DNA from: Pristiophorus japonicus
Taxonomy: Eukaryota
DNA: 64,000 bases
Assembly (NCBI RefSeq): GCF_044704955.1
Contig: NC_091980.1
Span: 130,634,001-130,698,000, forward strand
Direction: 5' to 3'
Part shown: positions 1-15,500 of the stretch, piece after piece
How the letters are laid out: the number at the start of each line of letters is the position of its first letter
Position numbering within the stretch: position 1 is the first letter of the stretch
Notes under the pieces: generated by a model
The model's database searches: none
The model's input: the letters and a program-made list of their open reading frames with translations, nothing else
Told to the model about the DNA's origin: nothing
Position numbers and translations under genes: made by a program

Positions 1-611
1 TCCTTTGCTATCCAAAAATCTATTGCTCTTGAATATACTCAATGACTGGAATTCTCTAACCCAGGAGCTGTGGAGGCTCAAAGAGTCATCATGGAGTGAA
101 GAAATTTCTCCTCATCTCAGTCCTCAATGACCCCTGGTTCTAGTCTCTCTCCAGCAAGGGGAACCATCCTCCCTGCATCCAATCCTTCAAGTCCTGTAAG
201 AATTTTGTATATTCCTAATGACATCACCTCTCATCCTTTGAACCTTGAATAGAGGCTCAGTCTGCTCAATCTCTCCTCCTTGATCTTTCACATCCACCTC
301 ATGACTGACACACTCTTGTGTGAATGGCAGAAAGTAGAGGAGTTATTGCTTATCCAGGAGTAGAATTTAGTTTGACTGGACATGAAATATAATCCTGAAC
401 TTTAGTTTTATATGTTCAACCAGCAAAGGAAAAACTTTCATCATGCTATGGGGAGGTGAGGCTCAACTCCAATTGATGAAGTCAATGGCATTTTGCTAGT
501 TTACAAATGGTGTCTATCTTTTTAAGAATTCATTCATTCTGGGGAAAAATAACTCTTGCATTGTATATGAAGATCAAGGTCTAAATAGGCTGTCTTAATT
601 TCTCTCTGCAG

Positions 612-2962
<2,351 letters not shown>

Positions 2963-4739
2963 ACTGACTGGGATCAAGCTTATTGTGTTTAGTACTTGTA
3001 TTTATATAATCAGGCCCCTATACTGTAGGGAATGAATGCTTGTGACTTTGTACAAAAAGAGCTGAAACCCATAACAGTAAATAAACTGTTCAACATTGGG
3101 CTGTGTTTTGTCACCTTGTAAATTTGAGTGGTTACTTATTTTTCATTTAACATAACTTGGCTTCTATCAAACAAGAATTACACTGACCTGTGCAACATTT
3201 ATATGGGATTCAGTCTTATGAAATATGTTTTTCCCCCTTGTGTAATGTCTATGTATTGACTGGGCCATTCAGGCACCTGTTATAAGATCGAAAATGTTCA
3301 AGAATGTGTTAGGACAACTGACAGCCCCATGGGATATTGGCCCAGTGACCAAAAGTCTGGTCAGAGGTATGTATTGAGGCGGTACAGAGATGTTTAGGAA
3401 GGCATATCTAGAGCTTGGGACTGATAAGCTGTATACAATTACCTGTTCCAACGATCTGTTTTTTACAAAGGAGAATTCAATCCAACAAGATGTAACATCT
3501 GCTAAACGCAGGACCAATTTCCCAGTAATTCATTGTTGCACCATTTCAGTCCAATGAAGGAAAAAGTCCTGGATTAGCTTCCCATTTTGTCTATCTGCCT
3601 CGTGAACGAACAGCAGTTTGTATTCAATCGCTGCAACAGATCCTCTTCAGTTATGCAGGTCGTTCAGTAATGGGACTCATCACTGCTGCTTTAGGATTGC
3701 TGTTAAGCTTTGTAGGCAGAAAAGAAATATCTCAGCACACTGAACTCTGGGCACTACAATTGGGTGAGGAGGGAAAGCAACAGCTGTCATCAGCTTGTTG
3801 TCATAGCTTCAGTGCTTCGTGTGGATACCCTAGTGGTTCTGGGACAGCTTCTCTTCCGTCTGCTCCCCTAATGGTTGAATAACTTGCCAACACAACCTCC
3901 ATTCAAACATGAATAAGGTATTGCAAGACTAACGATACTCCAACAACATTTAATACTTGGGGAAGGTGTAAATGTATTTAATTCCACAAAGCAAAAGGCA
4001 CAAGATGTTAAACCCATTTCTGGCCACAATGCCTAAGCACTCAATTTATAAGCCTATCAATTTTTTTTTGTTAGTACCACTGTGAATTTCATTACTATCA
4101 CCCTGGATTAGATTTCTATTTCTCTCCTTCATGGCTATGAATGGATACAAATGGTACTACTGCTCCAATAATCCAGTGTTTACGAGTTATTTTTAGGAAT
4201 TTAACTGAGAACTGTGTTGAGTGCAATTAAATAGCCAGGCACAGACATTCCAGGTTAATGTCTTGGCAACACTCAAGCGCCTTTCGGCTATCGATGTTAC
4301 AAACTGTCATATATTGATGAGCCACAGTTCCACGAGTCGGCCTGGGTTTGCGTGCTGATGGGTTTGATGGCTTCATGTATCAACAAATCTCTAGCTCACT
4401 CGATGTGAAACTTTACAGGTGCTCGTGTTTTAAGAATTACTTACAATTTACAGCACAGGTAAAAGACCATTTGGGCCAACTGGGCCATGCTGTGGTTTAT
4501 GCTCCATGTGAAACTTGTCCCACCCTACTTCATCTAGACCTATTAGCATATCCTTCTATTCCTTTCTCCTTGTGTTTATCTAGCTTTCCCTTAAATGCAT
4601 CTATGCTCTTTGCATTCAGAGTTATTACTGCGTGTAGCTCAGTAAACGCACCGCTGCTGCTGTGGATTTTCTGTTAAGCTGTGTGGGTAAAGAAGTGAAT
4701 AACAGCTATAAAGATCCGCAATGTTTGAGCTGAAGGACA

Positions 4740-7297
4740 GCATTTATTGTCTGTCACTAATTGCCTTTGAGAAGGTGCTGGTCAGCCATCTTCTGGAACC
4801 GCTGCAGTCTTGTGGTGAAGGTACTCCAACAGTGCTTTTCGGGAGGGAGTTCCTGGATTTTGCCGCAGTGACGAAAAAGGAATGGTGATATAAACCAACC
4901 TGACTTGGAAATATAACGTGGAGGTGAACTTGCAGGCGATAGTATTCCCAAACTTCTGCTGCCCTTGTCCTTCTAATTGCTAGAGCTTGTGGGATGGCTT
5001 GTGCTGCTGAAAAAGCCTTGGCGAGTTGCTGCAGTGCATCTTGTCGATGGAACACACTGCAGCCATGGTGCACCGGTGGTGGAAGCAGTGAATGTGGAAG
5101 GTGGTGGATGGGATGCCAATCAAGCGGCCTGCTTTGTCCTGGATGGTGTCGAACTTCTTGATGATTGCTGAAACTGCACTCAGCCAGTCAAGTGGAGAGT
5201 ATTCCACCACACTCCTGACTTGTGCCTTGTCGATGCTGGAAAGACGTTAGGTGTCAGGAGGTGAGACACTCACCGCAAAATACCCAGCCTCTGGCCTGCT
5301 CTTATTACCAGAGTATTTATGTGGCTGGGCGAGTTCAGGTCCTGATCAGCGATGATCCCCAGGGGTTAATGCTGGGGAATTCAGCGGCAGTGAATGTTAA
5401 GGGCAGGTGGTTAGACTCTCGCTTTTTGCAGATAGTCATTGCCTGGCACTTGTGTGGTGCCATTGTTACTTGCCCATTATCAGCCCCACACTGAATGTCA
5501 TCCAGGTCTTGCTGCATGTGGGCATGGACTGCTTCATTTTCTGATGTCTTGCAAATGGAACAGAACACTGTGTAATCATCAGCAAACATTCCCACTTCTG
5601 GCCTTTATGATGGAGGGAAGTTCATTGATGAAGCAGCTTAAGATAGTTGGGCCAAGGACACTGCCCTGAGGTATTCCTGCAGAGATATCCTGGGACTGAG
5701 ATGATTGACCACCAACAACCACTTCCTTTGTGCTAGATATGAGTCCAGCTCATCGAGAGTTTTCGATATTCGCATCGACTTCAATTTTGCAAGGGCTACT
5801 TGATGCTGCACTCCATCAGGTGCTGCCTTGCTGTGAAAGGTAGTCACTCTCACCTCACCTGTAATTCAGCTCCTTTGTACATGTTTGGACCAAGGCTGCA
5901 ATGAGATCAGGAGCTGAGTGGTCCTGGCACAACCCAAACTGGGCATCGGTGAGCAGATTATTGTCGACAAAATCTTCCCTCACTTTGCTGATGATTGAGT
6001 GTAGACTGATGGGGCGGTAATTGGCCTGAATGGATTTGTCTGGCTTTTTCTGGACAGGACGTACCAGAGCAGTTTTTCACATTGTTGGGTAGATGCCAGT
6101 GTCTCTGTACTGGAACAGCTTGGCTAGAGGTGTGGCCATGAATTTACAGATTGTGGTGCAATACAATTCTGCAGTTGCTGATGACACAGTGCCTCATGGA
6201 TGCCCAGTTTTGAGCTGCGAGATCTGTTTTGAATCTATTCCATTTAACACTGGTCAAACCACTCACCACAAAGGAGGGTGTCCTCAGTGTGAAGACAAGA
6301 CTTTGTCTCCACAAGGACTGTGTGGTGGTCACTGCTACCAATGCTGTCATGGACAGATGAATCTGTGACAGGTAGATTGCTGTGGATAAGATCAGTAGGT
6401 TTTTCCCTTGTGTTGATTCTCTCACCATCTGTCGGAAGCCCAATCTCGATGCTATGTCTTTCAGGACTCAGCCCGCTTGCTCAGTGCTACTGAGCCCCTC
6501 TTGGTGATGGACATTGAAGCCTATTGCTATATCAGTGCTTCTTCCAAGTGGCCTTCAACATGGAGGTGTACTGATTCATCAGCTGAGGGAGGGCGGTAGG
6601 TGGTAATCAGCAGGAGGTTTCCATGTCCAAGCTTGACCTAAACCCATGAGACTTGATAGGTTCCAGATTAAATGTTCAGGACTCCTACCGCTACTCCCTC
6701 CCGACTGTATACCACTGAGCCGCCACTTCTGGTGGGACAGGACATACGCAGGGATGGTGAAGGAGGAATCTGGGACATTGGCCGAAAGGTATGATTCTGT
6801 GATTATGACTATGTCAGGATGTTGCTTGACTAACCTGTGAGACAGCTCTCCCCATTTAGGCACAAGATACCAGATATTAGTGAGGAGGACTTTGCAGAGT
6901 CGACTGGGCTGGGTGTACCATTGTCATGTCAGAAGCCGGTGCCGAGGTCAATGCCGGGTTGTCCATCCTGTTTTATTCGAATTATTGTTTCTCGTAACGG
7001 TTTGTTATAACTGATCGGCTTGCTTGGCCATTTCAGAGGGCAGTTAAGACTCAACCACATTTTTTTAGGTTTGGAGTCATATCGGCCAGATTTCCTTCCT
7101 GAAGGACATTAGTGAAGCAGATTGGTTTTTATGACAATCCGACAGCTCCCTGGGCAACATTACTGATACTAGCCTTTTATTCCAGATTTTAATTTAATTA
7201 ACTGAATTTCAATTCCCCAGCTGCCATGGTGGGACTTTGGATTATTAGTCCAGGCCTCTGAATTACTTGTCCAGTAACTTAACCACGATGTTACCGC
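4740..7297 (-). mobile_element. Decayed non-LTR retrotransposon (CR1-group-like LINE; APE endonuclease plus RT), unit 1 copy
   Basis: Minus-strand fragments PKWGELSHRLVKQHPDIVIITESYL (endonuclease), MFADDYTVF (RT) and EYSPLDWLSA...DTIQDKAGRLIG (C-terminal); many frameshifts and deletions. Boundaries approximate. Confidence 0.8.
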
Positions 7298-7991
7298 ACT
7301 CTTTGCATCTCTCAATGGCACTTTTGGACTATCGATGTCACCACAATTCATACATTGATGAGTCACAATTCTACAAGTCATGTTGGGTTTTGCGTGCTGA
7401 TGAGTTTCACGGCTTCATGTTTCAGATAAAACAAATTCTTCAGCTCACTTGATGTGAAAAACTTTACAGATGCCCTTGTTTTAAGAATTACATAGAATTT
7501 ACAGCACAGAAAAAGGCCATTCATCCTGGCAAATTGCAGTGGTGAGTGGTCCTTCTTGAACCTAAAACGCATCTAGGATGAGGTGAGGAAACCAATGGGA
7601 CAAGATCGATTTAATTGTCTTTCAATCATGAGCATGGAGAGCGAAGTACTGAGAGGACTTGATTCACACACTGAGCCTCCTCCCAACTTCATTTAACCCT
7701 ATCAGCATATCCTGCCAATCCTTCCTCCCTCATGTGTTTATCCAGCTTCACCTTAAACACTGTCTATGCTTTTTGTCTCAACTATTCCTTTTGACAGCGA
7801 GTTAAAAATTCTGAACACTCTCTGAGTAAAGAAGTTTCTTTGAAGTCTCTCTTAGATTATTAATTCTAACTTTCTATATAATTCTATGGAGATCAGAACT
7901 GTGCGCAATACTCCAAGTGTTGTCTAGCCAAGGTTCTGTATAAACTTAACATGCTGCACAGGGATGTGGTTCTGTTCACCTCAACTGTGTT

Positions 7992-9336
7992 CTCCCTGTG
8001 GCCGAGGAGCTCCGTCCGGAGTCACAGTGTGTATTTCGTCCCCTACGGGTAACAACGGACATGATCTTTGTAGCACGCCAATTGCAGGAAAAATGCAGGG
8101 AGCAACGCCAGCCCTTATACATGGCATTTTTTGATCTTATAAAGGCCTTTGAGACTGTCGACCGTGAGGGCTTATGGAGCGTCCTCCCTCCATTTTGGAT
8201 ACCCCCAAAAGTTTATCAACATTCTTCGCCTGCTCCACGTCGACATGCATGCCGTGATCCTTATCAGCGGATTTGTTACAGACGATTCCACGTCCGAAGC
8301 TGGGTCAAACAGGGCTGCTTCATCGCTCCAAAGATTTTCTCAATCTTCCTCGCTGCCAACTCCACCTTACTGTCAACAAGCTTCCTGCTGGAGTGGAACT
8401 AAACTACAGAATCAGTGGGAAGCAGTTTAACCTATGCCCTCTCCAGACCAGTGCAAGACCACCCAAACCTCTGTCGTTGAACTGCAGTATGCGGACGACG
8501 CCTGCGTCTGCGCACATTCTGAGGCTGAACTCCAGGATTTAGTCGATGTCGTCACTGAGGCATATGAAATCATGGGCCTTGCACTTAACATCCATAAGGG
8601 AAAGTGCCTCCATCAGCCTGTCTTCGCCGCACAGCACGGCCCCCCGGACATCAAAATTCACGGCGTGGCCCTCGACAATGTGGACCACTTCCCATACCGC
8701 GGGAGCCTCCTGTCAACAAAGGCAGACATCGATGCGGAGATTCAATATCGCCTCCAGTGCGCCAGTGCAGCCTTCAGCTGCCTGAGGAAAGGAATGTTCG
8801 AAGACCAGGCCCTCAAACCTACCACCAAGCTCACGCTCTACAGGACTGTAGTAATACCCACCCTACTGTATGGATCAGAGGCATGGACGACTTACAGAAG
8901 GCACATCTCGTCGCTGGAGATATATCACCAAAGATGCCTCCGTAAGATGCTGTAAATTCCCTGGGAGGACAGATGCACCGACATCAGTGTCCTCGCGCAG
9001 GCTAACATCCCCAGCATTGAAGCACTAACCACATGAGATCAGCTTTTCTGGGCAGGCCACTTAGTCCACATGCCAGACATGAGACTCTCTAAGCAACTGC
9101 TCTGTGCGGAACTCTTTTATGGCAAACGAGCCAAAGTTAAGCAGCGGAAACGTTACAAGGACACCCTCAAAACCTCTCTGATGAAGTGCGACAGCACCAC
9201 TGATGCCTGGGAGACTCTGGCCGAAGTCCATCCTAGTTGGAAAAAGTGTATCCGGGAGGGCGTTGAGCTCTTCGAATCTCAACGCTGCGAGCGTGAAGAG
9301 GTCGGGCAGTGGAAGGAAGGTGTGGTAAATCAGTGA
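7992..9336 (+). mobile_element. RTE-clade LINE ORF remnant (5'-truncated; 3' end removed by a deletion)
   Basis: PESQCVFRP..TTDMIFVARQLQEKCREQ..LYMAFFDL.KAF, ELQYADD, LLYGSEAWT, MPDMRL.KQLL are RTE/BovB-type RT motifs; frameshifted. Confidence 0.87.
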
Positions 9337-10374
9337 ATAAAGCTATAATATGATCCAATTTATCTTAATTTGTATTTATTAACAAATTCTCTTTGTTTCT
9401 TGCAGCAGCTGTATCATCTGATTATTTTGATTTTTTTTTCCTGGGATCTTGAGCTTGATGAAGTTTATTTGGAATACATTCTGTACACAATGCAAGGAAT
9501 TCAGAATTTGTATCCTCATTCTAAATCACTGCATGGATTTTCCTTACCTTGCTGGTTCAATGGGTGATGTCATAAAAATAAATCTAGGCCATTTCGGAGG
9601 GATGTCAGGAAGTATTCTTTCCCACCAGTGTGGTGGAAATCTGAAACACTTTCTTTCTCAGCCATCCCTCACCTCCACGGGGAGGATGGGAAGAAAGTGT
9701 TATAAATGTTTCTGCTTCCCTCCTGTTCCTAGTATTTCTCTCCACTAATTTTAAGTACCAGTTTGTATCCTTCTGTCTTTCCTCTAACTTTTTGCAATCA
9801 TAAAGCAGATAGTTAATCATCAATTGTCTGTGCTCAGTGGACTCTCCCTTAACCCCTGTGACCTTCACCAAGCACCCTTAAATTCTGAGGGGTTCTCATA
9901 ACTTTTATTCTGTGGTCTCTGGTTCTCCTCTACAATGCTTTGATTTGTGTAGACTGTCAAATTAATGCTGCTTGTGGTAGTTTTAGTTCCTTGGCATGAA
10001 TGCAGCCAGTAAAACTCGGTTAGTTTTTCTTTTTTTTATATATGAATTCTGCATTGGGACTAGATCTAGTTTAGGCAGTTGCTTTTACTGCCCGTCAACT
10101 AGCCTGTACAAAATGTATTTGGGTTAATAAACAATTATTATTGGAGCATGCTACTGGTGACCAGGGTATAAATCTTGTGGCAATTCCTTCACCTAATTTC
10201 CAGAGCTACAATGAATATTGGGTGCCAAGATTCAGGTTCCAGTTTTAAGCATGTTCAATCAAAGCTGAATTGGTGATCGAGTGATGCAGCACAGGAGGCT
10301 ATTCAGTCCATTGTGCCTTGCTGAATGTTGGGTGGAGCGATACAACTGTTTCCATAGCCTACAAATTTTTCTAA

Positions 10375-11778
10375 ATCACGTAAGAGGATGAGACTGGGGA
10401 ATTAGTAATGGGCAACATAGAGATGGCAGAAAATCTGAACAAATATCTTGTATCTCTCTTTACAGTAGAGGACAGTAACAACATTCCAATGGTGGATAGT
10501 CAAGGGGCTATCGGGGGGAGGTACTTAATGCAATAACAATCACCTGAGGAAGTAGTACTCAGTAAGATAATTGGGCTCAATTATGTCCTGATGGCTTGCA
10601 TCCTCGGGCCTTGAGAAGCAGGGATTGTGGATGTATTGGTTATAATTTACCAAAATTACCTGGATTCTGGGGAGGTCCCAGCAGATTGGAAAGCTGCAAA
10701 TGTAATGCCCCATCCTTTTTTTTTAAATAAAAGAAACTTTTGACCAGTTAGCCTAATATCTGATAGGGAAAATGTTGGAGTCCATTATTAACATCGCAGG
10801 GACATTTGGATAAGCAAAATTTGATCAGGCAGAGTCGGCATGGATTTGTGAGGGGAAGTCGTGTTTGACAAATTTGCTGGAATTCTTTGAGGATGTAATG
10901 AACAGGGTGGATGAAAGTGAACCAGTGGCTGTTTTGTATTTGGACCTCCAGAAGGTATTTGAGAAGGTGCCACAAAAGATTATGGCACAAGATGAAAGTT
11001 CACAGGCTTTGGGGATAATATATTAGCATTGATAGAGGATTGGCTAAAGAACCGAGTCAGGATAAATGGTTCATTCTCTGGTTGGCAACCAGGATCTAGT
11101 AGAATGCTGCAAGGATCAGTGCTGGGACCCCAACTATTTACAATCTATATTACATTCTGTCCCTCCTTCCAAGTCGGTTACGTCGCCTAGTTTGTTCCTC
11201 CCAACTTTGTATCAGTAATGTGTGAGGAGAACACACTTCTGCAGAAGGACATAGGCAGGCTAAGTGAGTGGGCAAAAATTTGACTGTAGGAAAGTGAGGT
11301 CATGCACTTTAGCAGAACAAGAATCAAAGAGCAAATGTTTATTGAAATGGAGCAAGATTGCAAAGTGCCGCAGTACAGCAGGATCGGAGCGGAGGTGGGT
11401 GGGGTGTGGTGGGTGCCTCTACTCATTTGGAATTCAGAAGAATGAGGTGAACTTATTGAAGTGTATAAGATTGAGGGGGCTTGACTGGGTGGATACAGAG
11501 GATGTTTCCACTGATGGGGAAACTACAACTAGAGGGCATGATCTTAAAATAAGGGGCTGCCCATTTAGAACTGAAATATCTTGAGCGGTGTCAATCTGTG
11601 GAATTCACTGCCTGAGCTGTGGAAAGCTGAGACATTGAATAAATTTAAGACTGTAATACAGTTTCTTAAATGCTAAGGGGTTATGTGGGGATGAGTCCAT
11701 GATCAGATCAGCCATAATCTTAAATGGTGGAACAGGCTCTGAGCTGTGTGGTCTACTCCTGTTCATATTTCTCATGTT
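10375..11778 (+). mobile_element. Decayed CR1 LINE ORF2 and 3' end in B1 intron 1
   Basis: CR1-type segments (DWKAANV.P, QHGF..GKSCLTNLLEFFEDV, YLD.QK.F, GSVLGP, TRGHDLKIRG); internally deleted. Boundaries approximate. Confidence 0.78.
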
Positions 11779-12513
11779 AGGTTTCCCTATGGCTGGAGCT
11801 GAGATTATCCAATGTATTTACCAGGTTAATTGAGTAGGTTCTAGTTTCCATAAATATACATACAAGTTCAGTGAGACTGAGCTCTTGAAGCAAGAAAAAT
11901 GAGTTTGGCTTCATGTACAGTGCCCATGCTGATGGGTCTGCCATGCAATAATCAACTACTCTTCTGATCCCTCCGCAGTCCTTCTACTTTGACCGGGATG
12001 ATGTTGCCCTGCGTCACTTTGCTGAGTTCTTCAAGGAGCAGTCACACGAGGAACGTGAGCATGCTGAGAAACTGATGGAATTCCAGAATCGGCGTGGAGG
12101 CCGAATCATCTTGGCAGACATCAAGGTTTGGCTCCATAAACGAGGGGCCTTCTGTTTGGTTCCCCTTAGACTGATTGTTCACAATACATTGTAAAGGAGT
12201 TGGTTCCAATTCCACAGGAACCAGCAATTTGGACAAACTGGTCCATGCTGGTGATCAGGCTCCAGATGTCGTCCTCCCACCTTGCTTTATCCAGCAACAT
12301 ATCATTCTGTTCCTTTTTCCCTCATGTACTTATTTAGCTTCCCCTCAAATACATCTATGCTGTTCACCTCATAAATTTGACACCGTTAGTTGACTTAATG
12401 CAGTAATTCAATATTCTAACATATTGGTTCATGGTAACCTAAACTTCTGATTTCATTTTTTCATCCCTAATTTCCTTCAATACTGTCCTATTTACAAATG
12501 TGTTTTTACTGTT

Positions 12514-15500
12514 TGTACTATTACATATGTGCCATCAGAGGGCACTGCAGTCAGACTTGCAGGTTACCTGTACAGGTGTGCCAGGCGCAGTACAGAAGGC
12601 AGGTCACCAGGTATGATCCTCACCACCGAGAGTTCCATTATGTAAAGTCCTGTCCCCTCAGTACAGATTCACATGAGGCATGTGGTGAAGTCAAGGTCAC
12701 TCTGGACCTACACCTTTATTTCAAGCTCTGGAATGCTGCACTTGCCTGAGACCTGTCCTTGTATACCTGTCTCTTGCAAGTGCATCACTGGTGGTAAGGT
12801 ATGCTGGTGGTTACAGTTCAATCTTATTCGTCATGTATAGTATGTTATATATATTCACCCTCCCCCCAAGGTCTTGTTGTCTTTATAGGTTCAGTCTCAG
12901 GTGGTCTACGCTCTAGCATGGAGCGTCTGAGTTGTGGTTCAGTTGTTTGCCTTGGTGTCTGTTTGTTTTTCTTTGGGTGTGGTTGCTGGTATCTTGCCTG
13001 GGCTGTCTGTTGCGATTGCCCTTTCCTCAGGTTGTTCTCTCCATCTGTCCATCAGTTGTGATGCGAGTTCCACATTGTAGTCTGCCCCTCTGGTTCCACA
13101 GTGTTGTTGGTAAATCTAATTTTGACTTGGCCTACATGCCTCTGGCAGGTTTTGCCATTGTCCATTTGTACTACCAGTAGCCTGTTTCCTTCCTTGCCCG
13201 TTACTGTCCCTGCAAGCCATTTGGGACCCCTGCCATAGTTTAGTACAAACACTTTGTCCCCTATCTCATTCCATCTCCCCCTCGCATTTCTGTCATACTA
13301 CTCAATCAGCTTATGGCGCTTTGCCTCAACGATTTCATGCATGTCTGGGAGGATTAATGAGTGCCTTGTTTTTAAAGTCTTTAACATCAACAGTTGCACA
13401 GGGGGATCCCAGTCAATGAGTGCGGACGAGATCTGTATGCCAGCAGCAGTCGTGACAGGTGATCCTGTAGCATGCGACCTTGTATTTTAAGCATGCCTTG
13501 TTAAATGATTTGCACTGCTCTCCACCTGGCTGTTGGAGGCCGGCTTGATGTGATTTATGCCATGGTCAATTAAAAAATCTTGGAATTCTGTGCTGGTGAA
13601 GCACGGACCATTGTCACTGACCAATATGTCAGGGATTCCGTGCATTGCAAACGTAGTTGCAAGGTTCTCCAGTGGTGGAGGTTGTGCACGTGTTAAAAAT
13701 AGTGCACTCGATCCACTTTGAAAATGCATCTCCAACTACGAGGAACATTTTGGCCATGAATGGGCCTGCATAGTCGATGTGCACCCGCGACCACAGTTTG
13801 GTAGGCCAGGGCCCAGGGGCTCAGGAGACCCTCCCTGGGGGCATTGCTGAGCTGGGCACAAATGGTGCACCTTCGTACGCAGAGCTCCAAGTCCGCGTCA
13901 ACACCAGGCCACCAGATGTGGGATCTGGCTATGGCCTTCATAATGATCCCCGGGTGCTCGCAGTGGAGCTCCCAGACAAATGCCTCTCTGCCTCGCAGAG
14001 GCATGTCGACTCGGCTGCCCCACATCAGGCAGTCTGCTTGTAGTGATAGCTCATGCATGCGCCTGTGAAAGGGTTTAATTCCTCGGGGCAGTCATCGCGA
14101 GCCAGTCACCAGTTAGGACACATCTTTTTACGAAGGATAGCGTGGGGTCGCTGGCCGTCCAGGCTCTGATTTGGCGAGCCATCATTGGCGAACCTGTGGA
14201 CTCCAAGGCATTGATTGCCATGACTATCTTCGTCCTAGTCATCAGACCCTTCCGTGGTCGCCAGGGGTAGCCTGCTGATCGCGTCGGCACAGTTGTCTGT
14301 GTGCCTTATGGTATAGTCGTAGGACGCCAGCATGAGTGCCCACTGTTGAATTCTCACTGGGGCGTTAGCGTTTATTGCCTTGCTCTTGGATGTGAGGGGC
14401 TTGTGGTCGGTTTCTAACACGAACTTGGCTCCGAAAAGGTATAGGTGCATCTGTTTGACACTGTACACGCACGCGAGCGCCTCCTTCTCCACCATTCTGT
14501 ACCCGCGCTCCGCACGCGAAAGTGACCTGGAGGCATAAGCTATGGGTTGTAATTTGCCCGCACTATTGACATGTTGCAAAATGCACCCGACCCCATACGC
14601 TGACTCATCGCATGTGAGAACTAGCTTTTTAAATGGATCAAAGACTCAAAACACTGTTGGAACACAGAAGGTTGTGTGCCTTTATTGAAAGCGCATCCCT
14701 GCCACCCCCAAAACCAATCACACCCCTTCCTGAGTAGCACATGGAGAAGCTCCAGCAGCGTGCTCAAGTTCTGCATAAAGTTCCCAAAATAATTGAGTAG
14801 CCTGAGAAAGGCGTGCAGTTCTGGGGCCTGGGTGCTAGGCGAATTGCTTCTGTTTTGGGCACTGTTGGGCAGATTCCATCAGTGGCAAACCTTCTGCCCA
14901 AAAATTCTACCACTGGTGCGAGAAACAGGCACTTTGATTTCTTGACTCATCGGCAGACCTGATCCAACCGCTTTCGTACTTCCTCCAAATTATGGAGATG
15001 GGAGTCGGTGTCCATGCCCGTGATGAGTATGTCGTCTTGCAATACAACCGTCCCCGGGATGGATTTGAGTAGACTCCATGTTGCACTGGAATATGGCAGC
15101 TGCCGACCTGATACTGAATGGGCGTCGATTGTACATGAAAAGGCCTCTGTTAGTTGATGGTGAGTAGCTTGGATTCTTTGGTCAATTCTTGCGTCATATA
15201 TACAGATGTGAGCTCTAGTTTTGAGAAGTTTACCTGCAGCCAATGTGGCAAATAAGTCCTCCACTCTGGGCAGTGGGTACTGGTCCTGTAGGGAGACTCT
15301 GTTTATGGTAGATTTGTAGTCCCCACAGATTCGTACGGATCCATCAGGCTTCATGACTGGGACGATGGGACTTGCCCAGACGCTAAATTCCACAGGTGAT
15401 ATAATGCCTTCCTGCAGAAGCCTGTCTAGTTCGTGTTCAATCTTTTCCCTCATCACACAGGTTACAGCTCTGGCCTTGTGATGGACCGGTTGAGCATCCT

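Noticed and set aside
7397-7465. CTGATGAG as a hammerhead ribozyme core or C/D snoRNA box
   Set aside because: No properly placed GAAA or closing stems, and the motif is CTGATGGG in paralogs.
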